A stretch of DNA of 24,715 nt from Caldilineales bacterium (lineage in GTDB: Bacteria > Chloroflexota > Anaerolineae > Caldilineales > Caldilineaceae): positions 1 through 24,715 of the forward strand of contig JBBSBO010000001.1 in NCBI GenBank assembly GCA_038251215.1, written 5' to 3'. Each line of letters opens with the position of its first letter. Within the stretch, counting starts at the first letter, position 1. The position numbers were made by a program, and so were the translations under genes. The notes under the pieces were generated by a model. The model ran no database searches. It was not told the origin of the DNA and worked only from the letters and a program-made list of their open reading frames with translations. Below, one piece after another: positions 8,023 to 15,576 of the stretch.

Positions 8023-8754
8023 ATGGCACTTCACGCTCGCGAGTTTCAATCGGCTTCTCCCTCACCTTTCCTTTCACAAAACAACCGCAGCGGCGCCATT
8101 GGCCTGAACGGCGTGGCGCAGGCGCTGACCGCTCTGCGCGCGGACGATCCCGCCTTCAACAAGGTGATCAGCGTTAAGAACAGCGAGAAAGGCGCCATTA
8201 TCGCCACTACCGAAGACCTCGCCAGCAAAATGTACTTGCTGATGAGCGGCAAGGTCAACATGGTTTGCACCAACAACGAGGGGCGACGCTTGGTCATTGC
8301 CACTCTCGAACCCGGCGCCATCTTTGGCGAAGGCGCGCTGGATAATTCGGGCGACCCCAACGTCTTTGTCGAGGCCGCCGAAAAGGCCGCCCTGTGGGTC
8401 ATCCCCGCCGGCGAAGCGCGCAACATGACGATGCAATATCCCATCCTGGGCTGGGGGATGCTACAAACCTACGGCGAGCGCCTGTTGCAGGTGGAAAACA
8501 GCCTGGAGGACGTCGCGTACAAGAAGTTGCCCGAGCGCCTGGCGATGTTGCTGCTCGACCTGGGCAACAGCGAGAACGGCCTGATCAAGGGCGTCAGCCA
8601 CCAAGCGCTAGCTGACCACCTGGGCACCTATCGCGAGACCGTCAGCGCCATCCTGCGCGACTTCAAACGCCAGCAGCTAGTCGAACTCGGCTACCGGCGC
8701 ATCACCCTGCTGGACGTCGAATCGCTCAAGGACATTGCGGGCATCTGGGACTAA
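8023..8754 (+). CDS. Crp/Fnr-family transcriptional regulator
   Basis: cNMP-like barrel MYLLMSGKVNM...LEPGAIFGEGAL and C-terminal HTH VSHQALADHLGTYRETVSAIL. GAAAGGA upstream of ATG 8023. Confidence 0.9.
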   Translation: MALHAREFQSASPSPFLSQNNRSGAIGLNGVAQALTALRADDPAFNKVISVKNSEKGAIIATTEDLASKMYLLMSGKVNMVCTNNEGRRLVIATLEPGAIFGEGALDNSGDPNVFVEAAEKAALWVIPAGEARNMTMQYPILGWGMLQTYGERLLQVENSLEDVAYKKLPERLAMLLLDLGNSENGLIKGVSHQALADHLGTYRETVSAILRDFKRQQLVELGYRRITLLDVESLKDIAGIWD

Positions 8755-8782
8755 TCGCTCGCTCGGGCAGACAGGCAGCAAA

Positions 8783-8830
8783 AGATGGGAGTGGTGAGAT
8801 TGGGGCAGGTTCATCTCGCCGCTCCCGTCT
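8783..8830 (+). other. 18-bp RNA hairpin 3' of the Crp/Fnr gene
   Basis: AGATGGGAGTGGTGAGAT, 12-nt loop, ATCTCGCCGCTCCCGTCT. Fully paired on the + strand with 3 G-U pairs; no adjacent U-tract. Confidence 0.6.
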
Positions 8831-8958
8831 ATGCAAAAGGACTTTTCTCGCACTTTGCTTGGCCGTGGAACCACCACGCGAGCCGCTGCGTTGCACATAT
8901 TGCATACGACAACCTGCGCGCAGATCTGGCGGCTCAGCATTTCTAATTTGATTCCTAG

Positions 8959-8987
8959 TTGACGCCAACGCCAAGCGTTGCTATAAT
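8959..8987 (+). promoter_or_regulatory. Near-consensus sigma70 promoter upstream of rho
   Basis: TTGACG (8959-8964), 17 bp spacer, TATAAT (8982-8987) with extended -10 TG at 8979-8980. Confidence 0.8.
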
Positions 8988-9722
8988 GGGTTGAATCGTC
9001 AGAGACCTCAGTCCATGCCTGCTACCCACAGCGCGTCTGTATCGTTATGGTTATCCGCTCAATGCCGTGCGCTTTTCGGCCAACCCGCCGGACGGCGCAA
9101 ACCTACGCAGATGGGCCTGGACGATGATAGGGTCAAGGATTGGGCCAACTAATCAGGGTAGACAGCCTGCCGCGACACAGCCGTGGCCTGTCGAATGGGC
9201 GACGGAAGTATAGTTCGTCGAGTATGCCAACGTTTTTCCTGCCGATTGCCGGCGCCCCGCTTGTTCCATCAACTGCATGCCGTTTGGCAGCGATGACGCT
9301 TGCCGCTGTCAAACCTAACTAGTCAAATCTAACTAACCCGACCTTCCTGTGTCTTCCGCCGGTCTCGGCCAACGAACGCAGCGCAGGCGCCTCCAACAGC
9401 CCGCACCCGTTGACAACAATGCATCGACAACAAGACATTGCAGGCTCCACTTCACACACGTGAAATTGTCCAAACTTTGTTTGGACCTTGCGTGTATTCC
9501 ACGGCACATGGTCAGCGATTCGCCCTTTGTCTAGACTGAACAGAAGCGCAACCCATCTTTTAGCCATGTGACTTCAACATCTATCTTCAACCATCTAGCT
9601 TCATACCTAGCCATAATTGAAGACCTATTTTTATTGCATAGCGTTTGCTGTCCCAGCATTCAAGGTGTAAGCCCGCATTCATTTCCTCATATGGGAAGCG
9701 ATATCGCGAAGGAAGAAAAGAA

Positions 9723-10994
9723 ATGACAGACCAACAGTTCGGCACGATGACAATCTCACAGATGGATGCTCTGAACCTGGATGAGCTGCGCGAGATTGCC
9801 CGCTCTATGGGCATCACCGGCTACACGCGCCTGAAAAAATACGACCTGATGATGCGCCTGCTGCGCGCCAGCGCCGAAAACCAAGGCTATATCTTCGGCG
9901 GCGGCACGCTCGAAATCGTGCAAGACGGCATCGGCTTTCTGCGCAGCGAATATCTGCTCCCCGGCGATGAAGATGTCTATGTCAGCCAAAGCCAGATTCG
10001 CCGCTTCGGCTTGCGCACCGGCGACTTTGTCGTAGGACAAGTGCGCCCGCCGAAGGAAACCGAAAAGTACCACGGCCTGCTCAAGGTCGAAGCCGTCAAC
10101 AGCCTCGACCCCGAAGAAGCCAAGCGCCGGCCCATCTTTGAAAAGCTCACCCCCATTTTTCCCAACCAGCTGATCCAACTGGAAACGCGCGCCAACATCA
10201 TCTCCACGCGCATGATCGACCTGCTCGCCCCCATCGGGCGTGGCCAGCGCGGCCTCATCGTCAGCCCGCCCAAAGCCGGCAAAACGACCATCCTCAAGCG
10301 CATTGCCAACGGCATCACCGCCAACTACCAGGACATGCACCTGATGGTCGTGCTCATCGGCGAGCGCCCCGAAGAGGTGACGGACATGGACCGCTCGGTC
10401 GACGCCGAGGTGGTGAGCAGCACCTTCGACGAGCCGGTGCAGAACCACGTGCGCGTCGCCGAGATGGCGCTCGAGCGCGCCAAGCGCCTGGTCGAGAGCG
10501 AGAAGGATGTGGTCATCCTGCTCGACAGCATCACCCGCCTGTCGCGCGCCTACAACCTGACGGTCCCCCCTTCCGGGCGCACGCTCTCCGGCGGCATCGA
10601 CCCGGCGGCGCTCTACCCGCCCAAACGCTTCTTCGGCGCCGCGCGCAAGATCGAAGAAGGCGGCAGCCTCACCATCATCGCCACCACGCTGGTCGACACG
10701 GGCAGCCGCATGGACGACGTCATCTACGAGGAGTTCAAGGGCACGGGCAACATGGAGCTGCACCTCAACCGCAAGCTCTCGGAGCGCCGCATCTTCCCCG
10801 CCTTCGACATTGAGCGCAGCGGCACGCGCGCCGAAGAGAAGCTGCTGGACGCCGAAACCCTGGCGAAGGTCTACACCTTGCGCCGCATGATCGACGCCAT
10901 GGGCGGCGGCAGCGAAGCCCTGCTGCCCATCATCGAGCGCCTGAGCCGCACACGCGACAACCGCGAGTTCCTGGAGACGCTGACCAAGCGCTAG
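9723..10994 (+). CDS. rho: Transcription termination factor Rho
   Basis: Rho_[25 protein letters not shown]-binding GIGFLRS and [14 protein letters not shown], Walker [32 protein letters not shown]. Purine-rich RBS before ATG 9723. Confidence 0.97.
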   Translation: MTDQQFGTMTISQMDALNLDELREIARSMGITGYTRLKKYDLMMRLLRASAENQGYIFGGGTLEIVQDGIGFLRSEYLLPGDEDVYVSQSQIRRFGLRTGDFVVGQVRPPKETEKYHGLLKVEAVNSLDPEEAKRRPIFEKLTPIFPNQLIQLETRANIISTRMIDLLAPIGRGQRGLIVSPPKAGKTTILKRIANGITANYQDMHLMVVLIGERPEEVTDMDRSVDAEVVSSTFDEPVQNHVRVAEMALERAKRLVESEKDVVILLDSITRLSRAYNLTVPPSGRTLSGGIDPAALYPPKRFFGAARKIEEGGSLTIIATTLVDTGSRMDDVIYEEFKGTGNMELHLNRKLSERRIFPAFDIERSGTRAEEKLLDAETLAKVYTLRRMIDAMGGGSEALLPIIERLSRTRDNREFLETLTKR

Positions 10995-11106
10995 GCAGCT
11001 GATGTTCATAGCCGCCATCACGGCGGAACTGTTGCACGGCCCGCACGCTTGCACCCGACTTCACGCAGCGGCCTTAAGTTCAAGCACATCAGCCTACGCC
11101 AAACCT

Positions 11107-11164
11107 ACGTCAAACCGACGATTTACCGCCAACTTTTGTCTCTCGTCGGTTTGACGTCCTCTTT
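11107..11164 (+). terminator. Possible terminator or stem-loop after rho
   Basis: Perfect 15-bp inverted repeat ACGTCAAACCGACGA (11107-11121) / TCGTCGGTTTGACGT (11143-11157) with a 21-nt loop, followed by CCTCTTTT. Confidence 0.45.
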
Positions 11165-11178
11165 TCAACCCCAGACGC

Positions 11179-11207
11179 TTTGCAGCCGCGAACCATAGTG
11201 GTATAAT
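11179..11207 (+). promoter_or_regulatory. Putative extended -10 promoter of the LysM/M23 gene
   Basis: TGgTATAAT at 11199-11207 with TTTGCA 17 bp upstream. Confidence 0.65.
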
Positions 11208-11281
11208 CTCCAACCAGTGGGGTGTACCGGTTGCACCTCGTAGCTTTTTCCCAGTGGTTGGCACGCACCGTAATTTATACG

Positions 11282-11311
11282 CTAGTTGATAGATTACTAG
11301 TTGATAGATTA
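11282..11311. repeat. Perfect 15-bp tandem duplication
   Basis: CTAGTTGATAGATTA x2. Confidence 0.9.
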
Positions 11312-11405
11312 TGTGCCCCTGCGTGCAGGTGAACGTCCTCCTAGCCAGTGATTGGCCGGACCTCGCCGCCCCAATAGGAAGCTGACTATATGGAGATCAG
11401 AATCT

Positions 11406-12749
11406 ATGTCATCCAACGGTGACTCGGCGTTCGGAGACGCGACGGCCTCAGGTTGGCTCTCCAGTCTTCGCCCCGGCAGAACGCAAACGTCTTCGCTGAC
11501 GCAAACGTCTTCTGTAGGAGGAGTAACGTCCGGTTCGTTCGAGACAACCAGCATTTCTGCCTCGTCCATCGACCGCCTGCCCTTCGGCGTGTCTCTTCCC
11601 CGCCCAGCCATAGCGCAAAGCGCCGTCCTGCCTCGCACGGCAGCGAGCGAGCGCCCGGCATGGTCTTTCCCGCTCTTCGATGCGGCGAGCGACCTGCTGC
11701 AAAACCAGGTACGGCGTCTACTCGCCGACCAGGTGACGCCCTTGCGCCTTGCCAGCCATCTCTCCGTCTTGGGGGTGGCCGCACTCATTCTCATCCTGAG
11801 CCAAATTGACATTCCCAACTGGAATTTTACGCTGCGCGTGCTGCCCAACCGCGCCATGCTGAGCGCCAATCATCTTAGCGGCGGCGCCTATGCCGCTACC
11901 GGCGGCCTGGGCAACAACCCGTCCGGCGTACTTATTTCCAACAATGAATCGTTGCAGCGCGCCGCCATCCCCTTCACCATCGTCGGCGAAGAACCCCAAC
12001 AGGAAATCCAATACTACACCGTGCGGCCCGGCGACACGATCCTGGCGATTGCCGAGAGATTCAGCCTGCAACCGGAAACGGTACAGTGGTCCAACGCCGG
12101 CCTGGAGGCCAACGCCGACCTGATCCGCCCGGGCGACCAGCTGCGCATTTTGCCGGTCAACGGCGCGCTGCATGTTGTCAACTCCGGCGACACGCTTTCT
12201 TCCCTGGCGAACAAGTACAAAGTCGCGATGGAAGACATCGTAGGCTATCTGCCCAACGGCCTCGAGGACGTCTCGGCCCCCCTCACGATCGGGCAAGAGA
12301 TGGTCATCCCCGGCGGCACCAAGCCCTTCGTGCAACAACAGGTCTTCGCCTACGCGGGCGTAGCGCCTTCCAGCGCCAAGCTGGGCTCCGGCTCGTTTGA
12401 GTGGCCCGCCAGCGGCTCCATCAGCCAACGCTTCTGGGGCGGCCATGCCGCCATCGACATTGGCGGGTGGACAGGCGCGGATGTCAAGGCTGCGGACTCC
12501 GGCTACGTGGCGCTGGCAGCCGGCGGGTGGAACGGCGGCTACGGCAATCATGTCATCGTCGACCACGGCAACGGCTTCGTCACGCTCTACGCTCACCTCA
12601 ACAGCATCTATGTGCAGGCGGGCGAAAGCGTCGCGCGCGGGCAAGCGGTGGGCAGCTTGGGCAATACCGGCAACAGCACCGGCCCTCATCTCCATTTCGA
12701 GATCCGCTATCAAGGCGTGCCGCGCAACCCGCTGAGCTATCTGCCCTAG
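11406..12749 (+). CDS. Membrane-anchored LysM-LysM-M23 peptidoglycan endopeptidase
   Basis: One TM segment (SHLSVLGVAALILILSQI); LysM repeats YYTVRPGDTILAIAERF and HVVNSGDTLSSLANKY; M23 motifs HAAID, TLYAHL, GNTGNSTGPHLHFEI. GGAG upstream of ATG 11406. Confidence 0.9.
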   Translation: MSSNGDSAFGDATASGWLSSLRPGRTQTSSLTQTSSVGGVTSGSFETTSISASSIDRLPFGVSLPRPAIAQSAVLPRTAASERPAWSFPLFDAASDLLQNQVRRLLADQVTPLRLASHLSVLGVAALILILSQIDIPNWNFTLRVLPNRAMLSANHLSGGAYAATGGLGNNPSGVLISNNESLQRAAIPFTIVGEEPQQEIQYYTVRPGDTILAIAERFSLQPETVQWSNAGLEANADLIRPGDQLRILPVNGALHVVNSGDTLSSLANKYKVAMEDIVGYLPNGLEDVSAPLTIGQEMVIPGGTKPFVQQQVFAYAGVAPSSAKLGSGSFEWPASGSISQRFWGGHAAIDIGGWTGADVKAADSGYVALAAGGWNGGYGNHVIVDHGNGFVTLYAHLNSIYVQAGESVARGQAVGSLGNTGNSTGPHLHFEIRYQGVPRNPLSYLP

Positions 12750-12780
12750 CGGCTGCCCCGCCTGCCATCCCAACCAAACA

Positions 12781-12812
12781 CAGCGCCCCGGCCATTTGTG
12801 ACCGGGGCGCTG
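12781..12812. terminator. Hairpin between the convergent LysM/M23 gene and fumC (probable terminator, possibly bidirectional)
   Basis: CAGCGCCCCGG, 10-nt loop, CCGGGGCGCTG. TGTTTGGTT follows on the minus strand. Confidence 0.7.
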
Positions 12813-12882
12813 CTATTGACTTTGCGTTGGCGATCTTCCTATCAGGGGATCGTGTAACCGGAGCGTAGCCGGAGCGCCGCCC

Positions 12883-14271
12883 CTACTGCTGAATGCCGCC
12901 CTCGGTCAACTGCCGCGGGTCCAGCAGCCGGTCCAGCTCCGCTGCGGAGAGGTCGGTCATCTCCAACGCCACTTCCTTGAGCGAGCGGCCCTCGGCATAG
13001 GCGCGCTTGGCGATCTTGGCGCCCAGCTCATAGCCGATCACCGGGTTGAGCGCCGTCACCAGAATGGGGTTGCGCCCCACCAAGCCGGCGATGCGCTCCT
13101 CGTTGACCGTAAAGTCCCGGATGGCTTTATCCGCCAACACCGTGGCGGCGTTCGCCAACAGGTCAATGCTCTGGATCAAGTTATACGCGATCACCGGCAA
13201 CATCACATTCAGTTGGAAGCTACCCGACTGTCCGCCGAGCGTGATCGTCACGTCGTTGCCGATCACCTGGGCGCACACCATCGTCACCGCCTCGGGAATC
13301 ACGGGGTTGATCTTGCCGGGCATGATGCTGCTCCCCGGCTGAAGCGCAGGCAGCACAATTTCGCCGAAGCCCGCAATCGGCCCGCTGTTCATCCAGCGCA
13401 GATCGTTGGCGATCTTCGTCAGGCTCACCGCCACCGTCTTCAGTTGCCCGCTCAGCTCCACGGCGGCGTCCTGCGTGCTCAGGCTCTCGAAGTAGTTCGA
13501 GCTGGGCACGAACGCGCCACCCGTCATCTGCGCCAGCTTGGCGGCAATGCGTGCGCCGAATTCGGGGTGGGCGTTGATGCCGGTGCCCACCGCGGTCGCG
13601 CCCTGCGCCAACTCCGCCAAGCGCGGCAAGGTCGCCTGCACACGCTCGATACCATGCCTCATCTGTGCGGCCCAGCCGCCCAGCTCTTGGCCCAAGCGCA
13701 CGGGCATGGCGTCCATCAAGTGCGTGCGCCCCGTCGTCACCACGCCGTCGACCTCCGCCGCCTTAGCTTCCAGCGTCGCCTGCAAATGGCGCAGCGCCGG
13801 CATCAGCCCCTCGGTCGTCTGCAAGGTAGCCGCCACATAGATGGCCGTCGGAATGACGTCGTTGCTGCTTTGGCCCATGTTCACATGGTCGTTCGGGTGG
13901 ACTGGGGCGCCCAGCCGCCGGCTCGCCAATGTGGCGATCACCTCATTGGCGTTCATGTTCGTGCTGGTGCCGGACCCCGTCTGGAAGATGTCCAGCGGAA
14001 ACTGGGCGTCATAGCGGCCCTCCGCCACAGCCAAGGCCGCCTCTTGGATGGCCGCGGTCATGTCGCCCTCCATCAGCCCCAAGTCCTGGTTGACCGCGGC
14101 AGCCGCCGCCTTGATTAGACCCAGGGCGCGGATCACGCTGCGCGGAAAGCGCAGATCGCTGATGGGGAAGTTCTCTACGGCGCGCTGAGTCTGCGCCCCA
14201 TACAGGGCATCCGCCGGCACGCGCACCTCGCCCAGGCTGTCATGTTCTATTCGATAGCTTTGTTGTGGCAT
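12883..14271 (-). CDS. fumC: Class II fumarate hydratase
   Basis: YRIEHDSLGEVRVP, YGAQTQRA, QTGSGTSTNMNANEV, TGRTHLMDA, signature GSSIMPGKINP. Start at ATG 14271 after GGAG. Confidence 0.93.
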   Translation of the reverse strand: MPQQSYRIEHDSLGEVRVPADALYGAQTQRAVENFPISDLRFPRSVIRALGLIKAAAAAVNQDLGLMEGDMTAAIQEAALAVAEGRYDAQFPLDIFQTGSGTSTNMNANEVIATLASRRLGAPVHPNDHVNMGQSSNDVIPTAIYVAATLQTTEGLMPALRHLQATLEAKAAEVDGVVTTGRTHLMDAMPVRLGQELGGWAAQMRHGIERVQATLPRLAELAQGATAVGTGINAHPEFGARIAAKLAQMTGGAFVPSSNYFESLSTQDAAVELSGQLKTVAVSLTKIANDLRWMNSGPIAGFGEIVLPALQPGSSIMPGKINPVIPEAVTMVCAQVIGNDVTITLGGQSGSFQLNVMLPVIAYNLIQSIDLLANAATVLADKAIRDFTVNEERIAGLVGRNPILVTALNPVIGYELGAKIAKRAYAEGRSLKEVALEMTDLSAAELDRLLDPRQLTEGGIQQ

Positions 14272-14485
14272 TTCAACCTTGCTCCTCCCGCACGCGTCCG
14301 TGCGGACAGATTGGCGGCTCAAAATGGCCGGCGACTAATGGTTTCATCCTAGACGACTATAAGTGGGCGTCATTGTAACATCGCCGCTTTGCGTTCGCAT
14401 ACTGCGTGATTGCACGCTGGGCGATACCAAGCGGGGCGATTGCACGCTGAACCGCAGTTCACAGAGCACTATCCCCGTATTTTCC

Positions 14486-14514
14486 TTGACACATCGCCCG
14501 CGGTGACCTACAAT
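14486..14514 (+). promoter_or_regulatory. sigma70 promoter of the two-component operon
   Basis: TTGACA (14486-14491), 17 bp spacer, TACAAT (14509-14514). Confidence 0.75.
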
Positions 14515-14649
14515 TCCCGTCACAGGCCGCATGTCCGCCGGCGACATGCGCCTCAACAGCGCGCGGCGCTCAACTCGCCGCAACCCGCCAAGATCCACGC
14601 AATTTCAGGGCCAATGCCCGCGCCAAGATCGGCGCCAAGAATCGAGACT

Positions 14650-15327
14650 ATGGCCGAATCCATTCTGGTAGTCGAAGACGACCGCAGAATTCGCGACCTG
14701 CTGCGCAGAGGCCTGTCCTTTGAGGGCTACGAGGTCACCACCGCCGAAGACGGCGAAACCGCCCTGCACAACATCCGCGACAACCTGCCCGACGCCATGA
14801 TCCTGGACCTCATGCTGCCGGGCATCGACGGGCTGGAAGTTTGTCGCCGCGTGCGCAGCGTCTCCAACTTGCCCATCCTCGTCCTCACCGCCAGGGATAC
14901 GGTGCCCGACCGCGTGACCGGGCTGGACGCCGGGGCCGACGACTACATGGTCAAGCCTTTTGCCTTCGACGAGCTGCTGGCGCGCATCCGCGCCCTCTTC
15001 CGCCGCCACCGCATGGAAGCGGCCCCGGACGTGCATCAGTTCGCCGACCTCTCGCTCAACCCGCGCACGCGCCAGGTCTTTCGCGGCGGGCAAGAAGTGC
15101 AACTCACGGCCAAGGAATTCGACCTGCTCGAGCTTTTCATGCGCCATCCCAACCAGGTGCTCACGCGCGAAATGATCTACGAACACATTTGGAACTATGA
15201 TTTTGGCGGCGAAAGCAACATCATCGAGGTTTACGTGCGCTATCTGCGCACCAAGCTGGAAGCCGGCGACGCGCCGCGCCTCATTCAGACCGTACGCGGC
15301 GTCGGCTATGCACTGCGCGAGACATAG
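14650..15327 (+). CDS. OmpR/PhoB-family response regulator
   Basis: Receiver [30 protein letters not shown]; winged helix LTAKEFDLL...[14 protein letters not shown]...IQTVRGVGY. Confidence 0.93.
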   Translation: MAESILVVEDDRRIRDLLRRGLSFEGYEVTTAEDGETALHNIRDNLPDAMILDLMLPGIDGLEVCRRVRSVSNLPILVLTARDTVPDRVTGLDAGADDYMVKPFAFDELLARIRALFRRHRMEAAPDVHQFADLSLNPRTRQVFRGGQEVQLTAKEFDLLELFMRHPNQVLTREMIYEHIWNYDFGGESNIIEVYVRYLRTKLEAGDAPRLIQTVRGVGYALRET

Positions 15328-15390
15328 AGTTGCGCGCGATAGAGTCGCGAGACACAGAGTCCCGCCGCCCAGGGCGGCACGGCATAGCGT
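15316..15390. repeat. Degenerate 15-bp tandem repeat spanning the response-regulator stop codon
   Basis: CGCGAGACATAGAGT / TGCGCGCGATAGAGT / CGCGAGACACAGAGT, then two more decayed units. Confidence 0.7.
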
Positions 15391-15576
15391 CTGCGTGCCG
15401 CAGCAGCGCGGCTCATCCACTTCTCATAGGCGCTTCACCTGGCTCTCACCTGCCACGGCTAGGCTGGGGACATGGCATGGACTACGGTTCGTCATGTTGC
15501 TGGATCGCCGCCGCTGCTGCGCACTAGCCGGTATACGTTCGGTGAGAACGCACGTTTTCCGCGCGTCGCCTGGCCT

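Noticed and set aside
9078-9130. GGCCAACCCGCCGGACGGCGCAAACC as a c-di-GMP-I riboswitch
   Set aside because: It lacks the GNRA loop, the closing GG-GAC before GCAAAG and the P3 receptor.
9451-9466. TTCACACACGTGAAAT as a parS site
   Set aside because: Only the right half resembles TGTTTCACGTGAAACA, with too many mismatches. No convincing parS was found in the window.
8839-9550. RNase P-like fragments (GAGAAAAGTCC on the minus strand at 8839-8849; AACAGAAGCG at 9539-9548) and a B12-box-like GTCAGAGACCT at 8998
   Set aside because: The fragments are on opposite strands or lack the remaining conserved elements, and no tmRNA or SRP signature was seen either.
9140-9817. Short ORFs in the crp-rho intergenic region (9140-9322, 9349-9534, 9319-9567, 9587-9817)
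   Set aside because: No RBS, no recognisable motif, and composition unlike the host's genes.
9756-11054. Long antisense ORFs opposite rho, LysM/M23, fumC, glmU, hlyC and the kinases
   Set aside because: Typical shadow ORFs of high-GC codon usage, with no motifs or RBS, opposite well-supported genes.
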